From positions 100,750,001 through 100,814,000 of the forward strand of contig NC_042997.1 of NCBI RefSeq assembly GCF_006345805.1: DNA of 64,000 bases, given 5' to 3'. Positions 36,063-49,899 of this stretch are shown here, in pieces (position 1 is the first letter of the stretch; the number at the start of each line of letters is the position of its first letter). Position numbers and translations under genes: made by a program. The notes under the pieces were generated by a model. That model made no database searches. It was not told the origin of the DNA and was given only the letters and a program-made list of their open reading frames with translations. Origin of the DNA: Octopus sinensis (taxonomy: Eukaryota).

Positions 36063-36657
36063 TAACAAAAGAGGAGTATTTCCACGCAGGAAAAAATATA
36101 GGGAAATTGATTGTTAAAAATGCACCTAAATTTGACAAACTTGTAATTGTTTTTAGAAAAATTTATTTACATATATACCAAACTTGTTTCAACAATATTT
36201 TTTGTTTATCAATAGTGGTAAAAATTTAAAATTGTGAATTAGAAAAACATGCTTAAAAGTTTCAATGTTTAAAAGTTTCACTAAAATGAAATATGTTTTA
36301 AATGTTCATAACATTTAATAATACAAAAAATGTGTTAGTAGTGATCGATAAGAAATGTGGATAATCAAATTTCGGTCATATTGAGTTAAGAGGGAGAAAA
36401 AAAAAGGAGAAATGAAGATAGTAAAAAATGGGTTTTGTTTACAGTTTCTGCGATCCTCTTCCCGTCGTGTGCAGGGACTTTTGCTTGTAACAGCGTTTTT
36501 TGGAATCCTGCATATTTATAACTTTTTTCCGCGAACGGATCGATTTTTGATTCGTTAAAGTACTGGTGGGATCTTGTTTTTCTGGTGGTCAAGTTTGTCG
36601 TTCTGCCTGGCTGGCTTCCCTGTGGGGAACGGTCATCGGCCGTTCCAGTTGGTTGAT

Positions 36658-36704
<47 letters not shown>

Positions 36705-36708
<4 letters not shown>

Positions 36709-37790
36709 AGAAGTAAATAGACATCCTTATAATCCTTAAAATTTATATAAATCTGAAATTGTACATTCAAATTATTCATTAATTATTATTATGTGAATGT
36801 CTAATATTAAGTAGACATGCCCTTTGCATTCTTCAATGCAAGGACCCTATTAAGCAAGCTACTGATCAGATGTCGAATATTCTCTTGATGAGTTTCTTGC
36901 CAAGTTTCATGCAGTAATCTCAAAAGAGCTGACTTTGAAGATGCTTTCTTGTTCTTTTTACGAAGTGTCCTGTCCATTATGCTCCAGAGGCGTTCTATAG
37001 GGTTCATATGTGGTGTCTGTCTTGGGCATGGAAGTTTTTTAACACCAATCAATTTTGGGTCTTTTTAGCCGTGTGACAAAGAGCCCTGTCTTCCATAAAT
37101 AAAAAGACTTCTTTAATCATTTCACCAATGAAAAAGATTAGAAAGAGTCCTTTCTGTATTATGGACACGTATTTATCTAAGTTTATGTTACCCTCACACT
37201 GCACCAACTCTGATCGACCATTGCTCCAACTTGCACCCCAGACCATCACATAATAGCCGCCATATTTCATTGTTGGCTGCAATCTTTTCATGCCAAATTC
37301 TTGATCAGAGTCTTCGGGCCCACACTTGACCACTGTCAGAAAATACAGCAAATCTGGACTCATCAGAGAATATGACAGTGTCCCAAAATGCTAGTGGCCT
37401 GTCCACCATATCACTGGCTCAATCTTTTCTCCGCTTGAATTTGGCTGGTCAAAGAAATGGCTTCTTTCTTGCTGCTCTGCTATAGTAACTAAGTTTGTGG
37501 AGATACTTGACAGCTGTTCTGGGACTGACTTCAACTTGTTCTGCTATGTCAGGGGCCCTGCAACGAGGACTATCCCCCACACTTCTCTTAACAAAGTGAA
37601 GGGTCCTGTCAGAGGACACTGGTCACTCTTCTGCTCTCTGGTAAATTGCATTATAAATTTTTCTGTGATTTTAGGCTAAGTCCACCTTCAGATTGACCAA
37701 CAATACGGCCACTTTGAAATCCAGACAGTTCCAAAACTTCTTTTGTATGTGACATGATTAAACAGTCACATATAGAACCTGAAGCATAAA
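36705..37790 (-). mobile_element. Degraded Tc1-like transposon
   Basis: RAARKKPFL, VIFSDESRF, VMVWG, FMEDRALCH and NPIERLW motifs (DD34E type) with stops; TIRs not resolved. Confidence 0.85.
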
Positions 37791-37889
37791 AGTATGTCAA
37801 TTAATAAAAAATATAAACCTTTTCAAATTAAAATAAACATAAGCTACATGCGCAGGAGTGGCTGTGTGGTAAGTAGCTTGCTTACTTCA

Positions 37890-38985
37890 GTACAGAGAGG
37901 ACGCGTTTTTTTCGCGGTGGAAGTCACGTCGCGAAATAGTGAAGCGCAATTACTAGGTAAGACATCTTTTTTAGAACCTAGTGGGCGTCTGTTGCTCGTA
38001 TTATTTATTTTTTGTCGAACAAGAGGTCTCCACTGGGTTCCATGCATTTGTCTGCCAGTGGTCGTGCTTAAAGTCTCACTTAGTCGTGAGAAGTTTGTTT
38101 TGGGAGGCGTATCCCTTCTGAAAATAGTGTTGTTTTACCTGCTATTTTTGACTGGTGTTTCTGACTGTTTTTGTGCCCGTGGATTACCATTTTGGCCGGG
38201 AGTACCGGTACGGCCAGGAAAATTACTGCTTTTTGTGTCTCACTTAATTGTGAGAAACCAAAATCGAAATTCTGTGCTGCGACGGAACACGGTGGATTAC
38301 CTGAGTAGCAGAATTGTGTTGCCATTTGAACTATCTTCCTTCGTTCTGTTTCTCTCCTCTGTCTTTCCATTCTTTTTTGTATTTATTATTGACTTTAATT
38401 TGAACTTTCGAACTTTTCTGTTAAACATTTTATATTTTATTTATTTTTCGCCAATATGGCAACAAAAAAATACTGTTTTGGAGTGGGAATAGTGGCCCCC
38501 AAACAGTGGTTGCAAAATTTTCCTGAGAGTACGGTGGTGTTAAGAATCTATTCTAAGGTTCTTGACACCAACACTGTGTTCTCACAGACAGACATTCAAA
38601 AAGAGTTGGCAGAGTACCTGCTAATGATTAAGTTTATCCAAAGGGGTGTTAAATACGCGATAGTGTGTGTGTTGTTTGACACCCCTGAGGAGGCTCGGGA
38701 TTTCGCGAGCAGATCATTAGAAGGGGAGAACATTTTGTTTCTCCCCACTTATGAAGGGAGGAGACTGACAAGAGCTTGAGTGCGTGAGCTTCCACCCGGT
38801 ATAGAGCCCGAATGGATAGAAGACACTACCTGTCGGGGTCTGGGTGGCAGCACTGTTAAGCTCTTGAATGTCAGAATTTTCTCTGTGGCTGATTGGGTGG
38901 GGTCAAGAACAATTTCAAATTCAAGGGGCATTTTCCTTTTTTCTGTCTGTCTCTGTTTTACTCTAGCGAGAGCATGGTAGCAGGT
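37890..38985 (+). mobile_element. L1/Tx1-like LINE 5' UTR and ORF1 start, 3'-truncated
   Basis: ORF 38456-38779 continuing past a stop (LPTYEGRRLTRA*VRELPPGIEPEW), resembling RRM-type ORF1 of Tx1-like LINEs (from recall). Confidence 0.45.
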
Positions 38986-39255
38986 AGTTGTAGTCTTAAT
39001 ATTTGATATAGAACTTGTGTTCATTTGGCAAAAAAATAAAAATAAAAATAAAATGACCGTCCCAAAATACAACAATATCTGTTACAACACACGATTTCAC
39101 GCAACACACACACACACACACACACATTGTTACGTTTATCAATTTGTTTTGCAAGATTCCTTATGAGAAATCGTGTGTTGAAACATATATTTGTTGTATT
39201 TCGGGACGGTCATTTTATTTATTATCTATTTCTTTTGCCAAATAAACACGCGCAC

Positions 39256-39343
<88 letters not shown>

Positions 39344-39507
39344 CAGGCGTAGGAGTGGCTGTGTGGTAAGTAGCTTGTTTACCAACCACATGATTCCGGG
39401 TTCAGTCCCACTGCGTGGCATCTTGGGCAGGTGTCTTCTACTATAGCCTCGGGCCGACCAAAGCCTTGTGAGTGGATTTGGTAGACGGAAACTGAAAGAA
39501 GCCTGTC

Positions 39508-39575
<68 letters not shown>

Positions 39576-39818
39576 TATATGATTATATATATATATATGA
39601 TGTTGTGTGTGTGTGTGTGTTTGTGTGTTTGTCCCCCTAGCATTGCTTGACAACCGATGCTGGTGTATTTATGTCCCCGTTACTTAGCGGTTCGGCAAAA
39701 GAGACCGATAGAATAAGTACTGGGCTTACAAAGAACAAGTCCCGGGGTCGAGTTGCTCGATTAAAGGCGGTGCTCCAGCATGGCCGCAGTCAAATGACTG
39801 AAACAAGTAAAAGAGTAA
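39344..39818 (+). mobile_element. SINE family B, full length
   Basis: Head, expanded (TA)n and tail as in the other copies. Confidence 0.9.
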
Positions 39819-39882
39819 AAAAAGAGAATATATTTCTTCACTCGTTTATTACTGTTATTTTATTATTTCAACGGCTGTCCAT

Positions 39883-39928
39883 TGTCCAGAAATCTTTCGT
39901 CACACATCTTGTGACCTCTTCAGTGACA
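39883..39928 (-). ncRNA. Type-I hammerhead ribozyme (F2 left)
   Basis: UGUCA-CUGAAGA-g-GUCACA(agaug)UGUGAC-GAA-AGAUUU-C|UGGACA. Confidence 0.75.
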
Positions 39929-40681
39929 CTTTCCGTTTCTGTGTGTGTGTTCTTGCTCCACTTACTCCATTCTGTTCTTCTAAGATGTGTATCCTTATGT
40001 GCGCATGCGCATGCGATGGCAACATCGTGGACGAACACACATATACAGGGGAATACAAGAACTATACCATTTCTTCTCGGGTCTTAGGACAACAGCGGCA
40101 CAATGGGGTGAGAGGCTGGTGCTGAGAGAAAGGCCACACTGCTGCTAAAACTAAGACACACACACAAGCGTACACATACATGCACACACACCCGCGCACA
40201 CACACATCATAAATATATATTTCTTTATTGCCCACAAGGGGCTAAACATAGAGGGGACAAACAAGGACAGACAAACGGATTAAGTCGATTACATCGACTC
40301 CAGTGTGTAATTGGTACTTAATTTATCGACCCCGAAAGGATGAGAGGCAAAGTCGACCTCGGCGGAATTTGAACTCAAAACGAAATACTGCTGAGCATTT
40401 CGCCCGGTGCGTTAACGTGTCTGCCAGCTCGCCACATCATAAATATATAAATAAACGAATATATAGATATATCTGCCACATACATGTGATAAATGTAAGA
40501 CAGAAATTGATAATATAAATAAATAAGATTATAGAAAGAGCATGGAGACATACGAAGCGAACCCATGCACACACACAAACACACACACACAAACACACAC
40601 ACACATGAAACCTCATGGATGTCATATGATGTCAACAGCAGAACTAACATGGTCAGCAGCAGCGGCGGTGCCGACGAAGGC

Positions 40682-40713
<32 letters not shown>

Positions 40714-40872
40714 CCACGATGGCAACACCGTGGACGAGCACACATACACAGGGGAATACAAGAACTGTACCCTTTTTTTCGGGTCTTAGGACAACAGCAG
40801 CTCAATGGGGTGAGAGGTTGGTGCTGAAGGGAAGGCCACACTGCTGCTAAAATCTAAGACACATACAAACAC

Positions 40873-40928
<56 letters not shown>

Positions 40929-41025
40929 ACAAAACAAGGACACAGACACATGCGCACATAAGGATACAAATTTTAGAAGAACAGAATGGAGTAAATGGAG
41001 CAAGAACACACACGAAAACGAAAAG

Positions 41026-41071
41026 TGTCGCTGAAGAGGTCACAAGATGTGTGACGAAAGATTTCCGGACA
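41026..41071 (+). ncRNA. Type-I hammerhead ribozyme (F2 right)
   Basis: UGUCG-CUGAAGA-g-GUCACA/UGUGAC-GAA-AGAUUU-C|CGGACA. The first stem-I pair is G-C here and A-U in the left copy. Confidence 0.75.
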
Positions 41072-41853
41072 ATGGACAGGCGTTAAAATAATAAAATTAC
41101 AGTAATAAACGAGTGAAGAAAAAAAGAGATATATAGTGCGTGTGTTTATTTGGCAAAAAAAAAAAATGACCATCCCGAAATTCATCAATATTATTGGATA
41201 CTCTCTCTCTCTTTTACTCTTTTACTCTTTTACTCTTTTAATCATTTCCAGTCGATCATTTCAAAACTTTGTATAATTTAAGTGATAATTACTCATTTAT
41301 ATTTGACAAATGTAAATTTTATCATGCGCAACAATCTCAATACTACTTGCTCCTGTCAAGAATTTATTACATTAGCCATGGACGTGAAAATCTTGTAAAA
41401 TTCTTCTCAACATTGGTTCCATGTCTGTATGGTTTTGCAGTACAAATTAACTTCTAATTAATCGTATAGTCCTAGTTACTGTCCTTGAAAGAGCAGATTA
41501 ATTTACTAAGTATCGTTTAGAACCATTTATTTTTGTGCTTACATGAACTAAAATGATTTGCCAGTTTCCTCTTGAAAATTAATGATATTTCACCAATGTA
41601 AAGGAATTCTCTATCCTCAGATGTAGCTATACATCTATATATTACATTTATAGTTTTACACTTATTTTCCACATAACAGGATTCTCCTTTAGAACAATTG
41701 CAAAGATAGCCTTTTATATTTCCATCAGTTTTAGTTTCAGTTTGATCATTGATTATAGAATTAAATTCATTTCCACCAAGTTCTCCATTACTATTTACTC
41801 ATTTACTCCTTTAGATAATATCTTTGTATCTTTGTTCTATTTCTAGCTGAACT

Positions 41854-41886
<33 letters not shown>

Positions 41887-41924
41887 ATATATATATATAT
41901 ATATATAATATATATATATGAAGG

Positions 41925-41974
41925 AGCTTCTACAGACTAGAACTGTTTCATTCAAGAGAAATCTTCAGGAAGCT
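41925..41974 (-). ncRNA. Type-I hammerhead ribozyme at the left end of the giant palindrome
   Basis: AGCUUC-CUGAAGA-UUUC(ucuu)GAAU-GAAACAG(uucuagu)CUGUA|GAAGCU. Stem I 6 bp perfect, stem III 4 bp; stem II closes on U-U. Confidence 0.7.
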
Positions 41975-42586
41975 AGTTAAACAAGAATTGTATTGCATTT
42001 ATACATTTAGGCAGGTTTAAAGGGGTGTTGGTGGGAGACTTTTTGGGGTAGGCATAGCGCAAAATATCATACTTGGGGGAGTGGTCAAGGAGTCAGTGTT
42101 AAATTAGATAGAAGAATAATAAAAAAATAAAAATAAAAAAATATAAAAAATAAAAAAATAAAAAAATAAAATATATATAAAAAAAGGGAATAGAGTTTTA
42201 GGTAAATAAGGAGATTCTCACTTATACCTATGCACATATGTATACATATATACACACACATACAAACATATATACATATACATACACACATACAACACAC
42301 ACATATTACATATATATACACTTACACATACATATACATATCTACACATACACATATATGTATACATACACACACTCACATGCATACACGTTACACACAT
42401 GTATATATACACACACGACCACACATACATATACACACAGAAAAATATATATACACATACACACACATACTCACATACCACGCATACACACACATATCCA
42501 CACACCACATGCACACACAGCACACTAGTCCCTATATACACATATATATATATATATACATACACAATATTACAACACACATACAT

Positions 42587-42638
<52 letters not shown>

Positions 42639-43781
42639 GTGTACCTATGCATACCTACACATACACACATATATATACACATACAAATACAGACCCATTC
42701 CCTAATTTTAATTTTATTATCTTCATTTATTACTTTTGTTATCTTTGACCGCTGGTCGCAAACATCTTGGCTATGACAGCCAGTCCATTTATCTGTCTAC
42801 TGGAAAACAAGCACTCATTCACTCACGCACACTTTTTAGCACGTACACTCACTCATTCGTACACTCATACACATACACGCTCCCACGCGTTATATTCATA
42901 CATACTTACATCTACATACATTCACCTATATACGCATACGTACGCATACCTACAGATTCATGTCTACACTCTTAGAAGGCTAGTCTATACATATACACCA
43001 ATAAATATAAATACACACACATACATATACACCTACATACAAATACATACATTTACATATATATTATATACATATTCACACATATATACACACATATATA
43101 TATATATATTATACATATATATACATATATACACACATATATAGATATATATACACCATACACATTACCACATATACAACATACACATACACACATATAC
43201 GTATACATACATACATACATCCATACATCCATCATACATACATTTATAATACAATACACACACCCACACGTAATACATATACAAACATAATATACGCGCA
43301 TGCATACACATACAAATACATACACATACGCATATACATATACATACATACATATACACACATATATATATACATATATGTATATATATATATATATACA
43401 TATATATACATACACACCATACATATACATACATACATATACAATATACGCACACCATACATACATACTCATATACACATACACGCACATACACATGTAC
43501 ATGCGTACCCATCACACACACACACACGCGCATCCATATATACACATAAGTACACACATGCGTAAAAGTATACATATATCTATGCTTACACATACACACA
43601 CACACACACGCCTCCTTATATTCATACTTACATGCATACTCAAAAAGTAAGTAAATAGTAAAATATATATACGCGCAGTTATTCATACATACATACTCAA
43701 AAATAAATAATAAATATAAGTATATGTACGTGCAGTTACCTATTATATAGACGGATACATACATATAAACTTACACACATG

Positions 43782-43839
<58 letters not shown>

Positions 43840-44059
43840 CACATATATACAGACACATATACATATACATATATATATATACACACACACATAACACATA
43901 TATATATATACATACTACACACATGTACAAATACATACACACATAGATAACTCTACGTACCTACATATACATAAACACACGAGCGTATACGTATATGTAC
44001 ATATACACAGACACATACACACGCATATATAACATACATACATACACATACACACATAT

Positions 44060-44124
<65 letters not shown>

Positions 44125-46235
44125 ATATATACATATACACACACATATACATGTGTGCAAACATACATACATACTCATACACGCACACACACTTACATAT
44201 ACATATATACACACACTTACACACATATATACATACATATACATACATACATACATACATATATATGCATACATACACACACACATATATATACATACAT
44301 ACACATACACATACCTATACATATATATACACACATATACACATGCACATACTTATATCTCTACATACTCGCATATACATATATAATATATTATATACAC
44401 ACACATACTACATATACCTATATACATGTATATATACACACACATATATATACACATCTACAATTTGTATCTACACTCACATGCATGCACATACACATAT
44501 CTCTACATACCTACATATACATCGACATACTCGCGTACACTCATGTATATACACATATATACATATACACACACACATACATATACATATACACATATAT
44601 ATATATAAATATATGCATAATACACATATACACACACATACATATATATATATACTACACACACACACACACACACATACATATATATCTATATATACAT
44701 ATATACATATACATACATACACATATACATACGTGTACATATACATATATATACACATATATACACACACATACATATATCAACAATTGAGGGTAAAGTT
44801 AATTAGTTATTAATCAATTCACCAAGTATTCAGTATGTAAAGGACCATTATTTTTTTGAATAAACAATGTCTGAGGGAAATATTCTCTAAGTAGTGGAAG
44901 AGGCTAAAAAACTTTTTGGCTGCTATTTCTAGAAAGTTCAGTCTGTGGCAAATTAATTTATTTTACTAAGCCCTAATTATATAATATTTTGTGCATACAT
45001 ACACATACATACACACATACATATACACATACATATGCATACACACATATATACACTATACATATATACATATATACATATTACACCCACACAACACACA
45101 ACACGTACATACATATATATATATATCTTTTTTTACATACATACACACACACACACACACATAATACATGCGTATATTCCTACTATACCCATACATTTCT
45201 ATACATATATACGATACACATATACAAGCGTGCACATACAATATGTGAAAGGTCTTAGGAGAAAAGGTAATCGGGGGTGCTAGGGGAACGGTGGGATTGG
45301 GGGGGGGGTTTGGTGGGTGGGTGTCATCAATCTGGTTGCCGGGTAGGTCTATAGTTCTTGTAGTTCGCATACTTCTTATGCATGCAATTTGGGGAGTGTT
45401 CTGAGATTTTGTTAGGCGCGCTCGTACACAGGAGGCCATACCTGCTGTGACCTCTGCATATCGGAGAGCCTAGAGATCTTGTTCGCCAAATGCCCTCTCC
45501 TTAACAAATCTCAGAACACTCCCAAATTGCATGCATAAGAAGCATGCGAACTACAAGAACTATAGACCTACCCGGCAACCAGATTGATGACACCCCACCA
45601 CAAAACCCCCCCAATCCCACCGTCCCCTAGCACCCCGATTACCTTTTCTCCTAAGACCTTTCACATATTGTATGTGCACGCTTGTATATGTGTATCGTAT
45701 ATATGTATAGAAATGTATGGGTATAGTAGGAATATACGCATGTATTATGTGTGTGTGTGTGTGTGTATGTATGTAAAAAAAGATATATATATATATGTAT
45801 GTACGTGTGTGTGTGTGTGGGTGTGTATATATGTATATATGTATATATGTATATGTGTATATATGTGTGTATGCATATGTATGTGTATATGTATGTGTGT
45901 ATGTATGTGTATGTATGCACAAAATATTATATAATTAGGGCTTAGTAAAATAAATTAATTTGCCACAGACTGAACTTTCTAGAAATAGCAGCCAAAAAAG
46001 TTTTTTAGCCTCTTCCACTACTTAGAGAATATTTTCCCTCAGACATTGTTTACTCAAAAAAATAATGGTCCTTTTACATACTGAATACTTGGTGAAATTG
46101 ATTAATAACTAATTAACTTTACCCTCAATTGTTGATATATGTATGTGTGTGTATATATGTGTATATATATGTATATGTACACGTATGTATATGTGTATGT
46201 ATGTATATGTATATATGTATATATAGATATATGTA

Positions 46236-46270
<35 letters not shown>

Positions 46271-46507
46271 GTATGTGTGTGTATATGTGTATTATGCATA
46301 TATTTATATATATATATGTGTATATGTATATGTATGTGTGTGTGTATATGTATATATGTGTATATACATGAGTGTACGCGAGTATGTCGATGTATATGTA
46401 GGTATGTAAGATATGTGTATGTGCATGTATGTGAGTGTAGATACAAATTGTAGATGTGTATATATATGTTGTGATATATACATGTATATAGGTATATGTA
46501 TGTATGT

Positions 46508-46546
<39 letters not shown>

Positions 46547-46955
46547 TGTATATAAATATATATATATATATATGTATATGCGAGTATGTAGATGTATATA
46601 TAAGTATGTGCATGTGTATATATGTGTTGTATATATGTATAGGTATGTGTGTATGTGTATGTAATGTTAATGTATATATATGTATATATATATTATATAT
46701 ATATATATATAATATATATATATATGTATGTGTGTGGTGTAATATGTTGTGTATGTTGTATGTATGTATATATATGCGTGTGTATGTGTCTGTGTATATG
46801 TACATATACGTGTACGCTCGTGTGTTTATGTATATGTAGGTACGTAGAGTTATCTATGTGTGTATGTATTTGTACATGTGTGTAAGTATGTATATATATA
46901 TATGTGTATATGTGTGTGTGTTATATAATATTATATGTATATGTATATGTGTGTG

Positions 46956-47028
<73 letters not shown>

Positions 47029-47407
47029 GTGTGTAAGTTTATATGTATGTATCCGTCTATATAATAGGTAACTGCACGTACATATACTAATATTATTATT
47101 TATTTTTGAGTATGCATGTATGAATAACTGCGCGTATATATATTTTACTATGTACTTACCTTTTGAGTATGCATGTAAGTATGAATATAAGGAGGCGTGT
47201 GTGTGTGTGTGTGTATGTGTAAGCATAGATATATGTATACTTTTACGCATGTGTGTACTTATGTGTATATATGGATGCGCGTGTGTGTGTGTGTGTATGG
47301 GTACGCATGTACATGTGTATGTGCGTGTATGTGTATATGAGTATGTATGTATGTGTGTGCGTATATTTGTATATGTATGTATGTATATGTATGTGTGTGT
47401 ATGTATA

Positions 47408-47458
<51 letters not shown>

Positions 47459-48162
47459 ATATGTATGTATGTATATGTATATGCGTATGTGTATGTATTT
47501 GTATGTGTATGCATGCGCGTATATATATGTTTGTATATGTATACGTGTGGGTGTGTGTATGTGTATAAATGTATGTATGTATGGATGTATGGATGTATGT
47601 ATGTATGTATACGTATATATGTGTATGTGTGTATATGTATGTATGTGTATGTGTATATATATATATATGTGTATATATGTATATATATGTATATATATAT
47701 ATATATGTGTGTGTATATATGTGTGAATATGTATATATATATATGTGTATACATGTATGTATTTGTATGTAGGTGTATATGTATGTGTGTGTATTTATAT
47801 TTATTGGTGTATATGTATAGACTAGCCTTCTAAGAGTGTAGACATGAATCTGTAGGTATGCGTACGTATGCGTATATAGGTGAATGTATGTAGATGTAAG
47901 TATGTATGAATATAACGCGTGGGAGCGTGTATGTGTATGAGTGTACGAATGAGTGAGTGTACGTGCTAAAGAGTGTGCGTGAGTGAATGAGTGCTTGTTT
48001 TCCAGTAGACAGATAAATGGACTGGCTGTCATAGCCAAGATTGTTGCGACCAGCGGTCAAAGATAACAAAATAATAAATGAAGATAATAATTAAAATTAG
48101 GGAATGGTCTGTATTTGTATGTGTATATATATGTGTGTATGTGTAGGTATGCATAGGTACAC

Positions 48163-48205
<43 letters not shown>

Positions 48206-48829
48206 ATGTAATGTTGTGTGTGTATATGTGTGTATGTGTATATATATTATATATGTATAGGGACTAGTGTGCTGTGTGTGCATGTGTGTGTGTGGATATG
48301 TGTGTGTATGCGTGTATGTGAGTATGTGTGTGTATGTGTATATATTTTTCTGTGTGTATATGTATGTGTGGTCGTGTGTGTATATATACATGTGTGTATA
48401 CGTGTATGCATGTGAGTGTGTGTATGTATACATATATGTGTATGTGTAGATATGTATATGTATGTGTAAGTGTATATATATGTATATATGTGTGTGTGTA
48501 TGTATGTGTGTATGTATATGTATATATGTTTGTATGTGTGTGTATATATGTGTACATATGTGCATAGGTATAAGTGAGAATCTCCTTATTTACCTAAAAC
48601 TCTATTCCCTTTTTTTTATATATAATTTTATATTTTTTTATTTTTTATTTTTTTATATTTTTTTAATTTTTTAATTTTTTTATTTATTCTTCTATCTAAT
48701 TTAACACTGACTCCTTGACCACTCCCCCAAGTATGATATTTTGCGCTATGCCTACCCCCAAAAAGTCCCCCACCAACACCCCTTTAAACCTGCCTAAATG
48801 TATAAATGCCAATACAATTCTTGTTAACT

Positions 48830-48880
48830 AGCTTCCTGAAGATTTCTCTTGAATGAAACAGTTCTAGTCCTGTAGAAGCT
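48830..48880 (+). ncRNA. Type-I hammerhead ribozyme at the right end of the giant palindrome
   Basis: Same fold as the left copy; GUA cleavage predicted after 48874; the arm ends at 48885. Confidence 0.7.
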
Positions 48881-48962
48881 CCTTCTATATAATAAATTAA
48901 TTTTACTCTGCAATGTATTGAGTACCTTATTTACTGTGGTTAACCCCGAATCAACCCGGACC

Positions 48963-49039
<77 letters not shown>

Positions 49040-49264
49040 ATATATATGCATGTATATATATATATATGTGTGTGTGTATAATTATGCATATACACATATA
49101 TACATATACAGTTGTTGGACATAACACCATTCTTCCACCCCTTAATTTTCTCTGTCGTTTGTACTCTGAGTAAGTTGGACCTATTTATATTAATATCTAT
49201 ATATTTATACTTAAAATTCATCATCTGAAAGTTTCCACCACGTGCTATATATATATATATATAT

Positions 49265-49296
<32 letters not shown>

Positions 49297-49496
49297 ATAA
49301 TATATATATATACACATACATGAAGCAAAAATTTTCTGTTTGACAGTTACATAGTGGTTTTAAAATAGAATGTAATAAGGCAAGAGGGATGGGTAAGTGA
49401 ATTGAATAAAATGTGAAATATCTCAGGACCGATTGTGTATTGCTTGAATTACATAATCGGCTTTCTCTTCATAGTCGTAACATTTATGCTTTTCAG

Positions 49497-49610
49497 ATAT
49501 TTCACACCACAACAAGTATTCAGCCGTTCCATAAAACCACTATAATGCAAAGTATATTGATTCGATTTGCTAGCCAATATATGTTGTAGTCTCACACCCC
49601 AGTACAGTAG
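49497..49610 (+). other. Candidate non-coding (5' UTR) exon
   Basis: ttttcAG acceptor and strong TAG|GTATGT donor; stops in all three frames. Confidence 0.3.
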
Positions 49611-49899
49611 GTATGTTTCTTTGATATCTAAAATTACATCTTACTGACGTCGAAAGGTTAATGTGTAAAAAGGAAAGTGTGTGAGTCCATATACGGTAAA
49701 CAACTTCGGATTCAGAAACGAGAAATCTTTAGCCCCCCCATCGGGTGAGTTTCAGAAGAGATTTAACCAGGCCCTCACCAGACTTAGGTGCCTGTGGGAA
49801 CTTCAGAATATTTTAGGTGGGTACTAATTTGTAATAATGCTAAAGTGGAGTTTCGAAATGAGTGTATCACTGTAAATCTGAGGGTGCACAATTGGATTA

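Larger units (their letters stand above)
39834..41120. mobile_element. Fold-back element F2: inverted ~170-bp HHR arms plus internal 145-bp direct repeat
   Basis: Arms 39834-40007 and 40949-41120. Direct repeat 40014-40158 and 40717-40862. SINE A inserted at about 40215-40437. Confidence 0.85.
41920..48885. repeat. ~7-kb palindrome (arms 41920-45416 and 45499-48885, 82-bp spacer), family F6
   Basis: Unique islands (about 41920-42240, 42690-42990, 44780-44990, 45240-45416) recur in exact mirror order on the other side. Most of the arm sequence is TA/CA low complexity. Confidence 0.92.

Noticed and set aside
37350-37370. CTGATGAGTCC on the minus strand resembling an HHR core
   Set aside because: It is the Tc1 SDES coding sequence; no GGAC-GAAA partner follows.
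37794-38492. 232-aa ORF
   Set aside because: Runs across Tc1 flank, a SINE head and a T-rich LINE UTR; composite with no motifs.
39155-39195. CTTATGA...GAAAC
   Set aside because: G5 is missing and there is no convincing stem II or III.
45417-45498. Palindrome spacer as a sequencing adapter
   Set aside because: No resemblance to the PacBio SMRTbell or ONT adapter sequences I recall, and the outer flanks are not mirrored. An artefact is still not excluded without reads.
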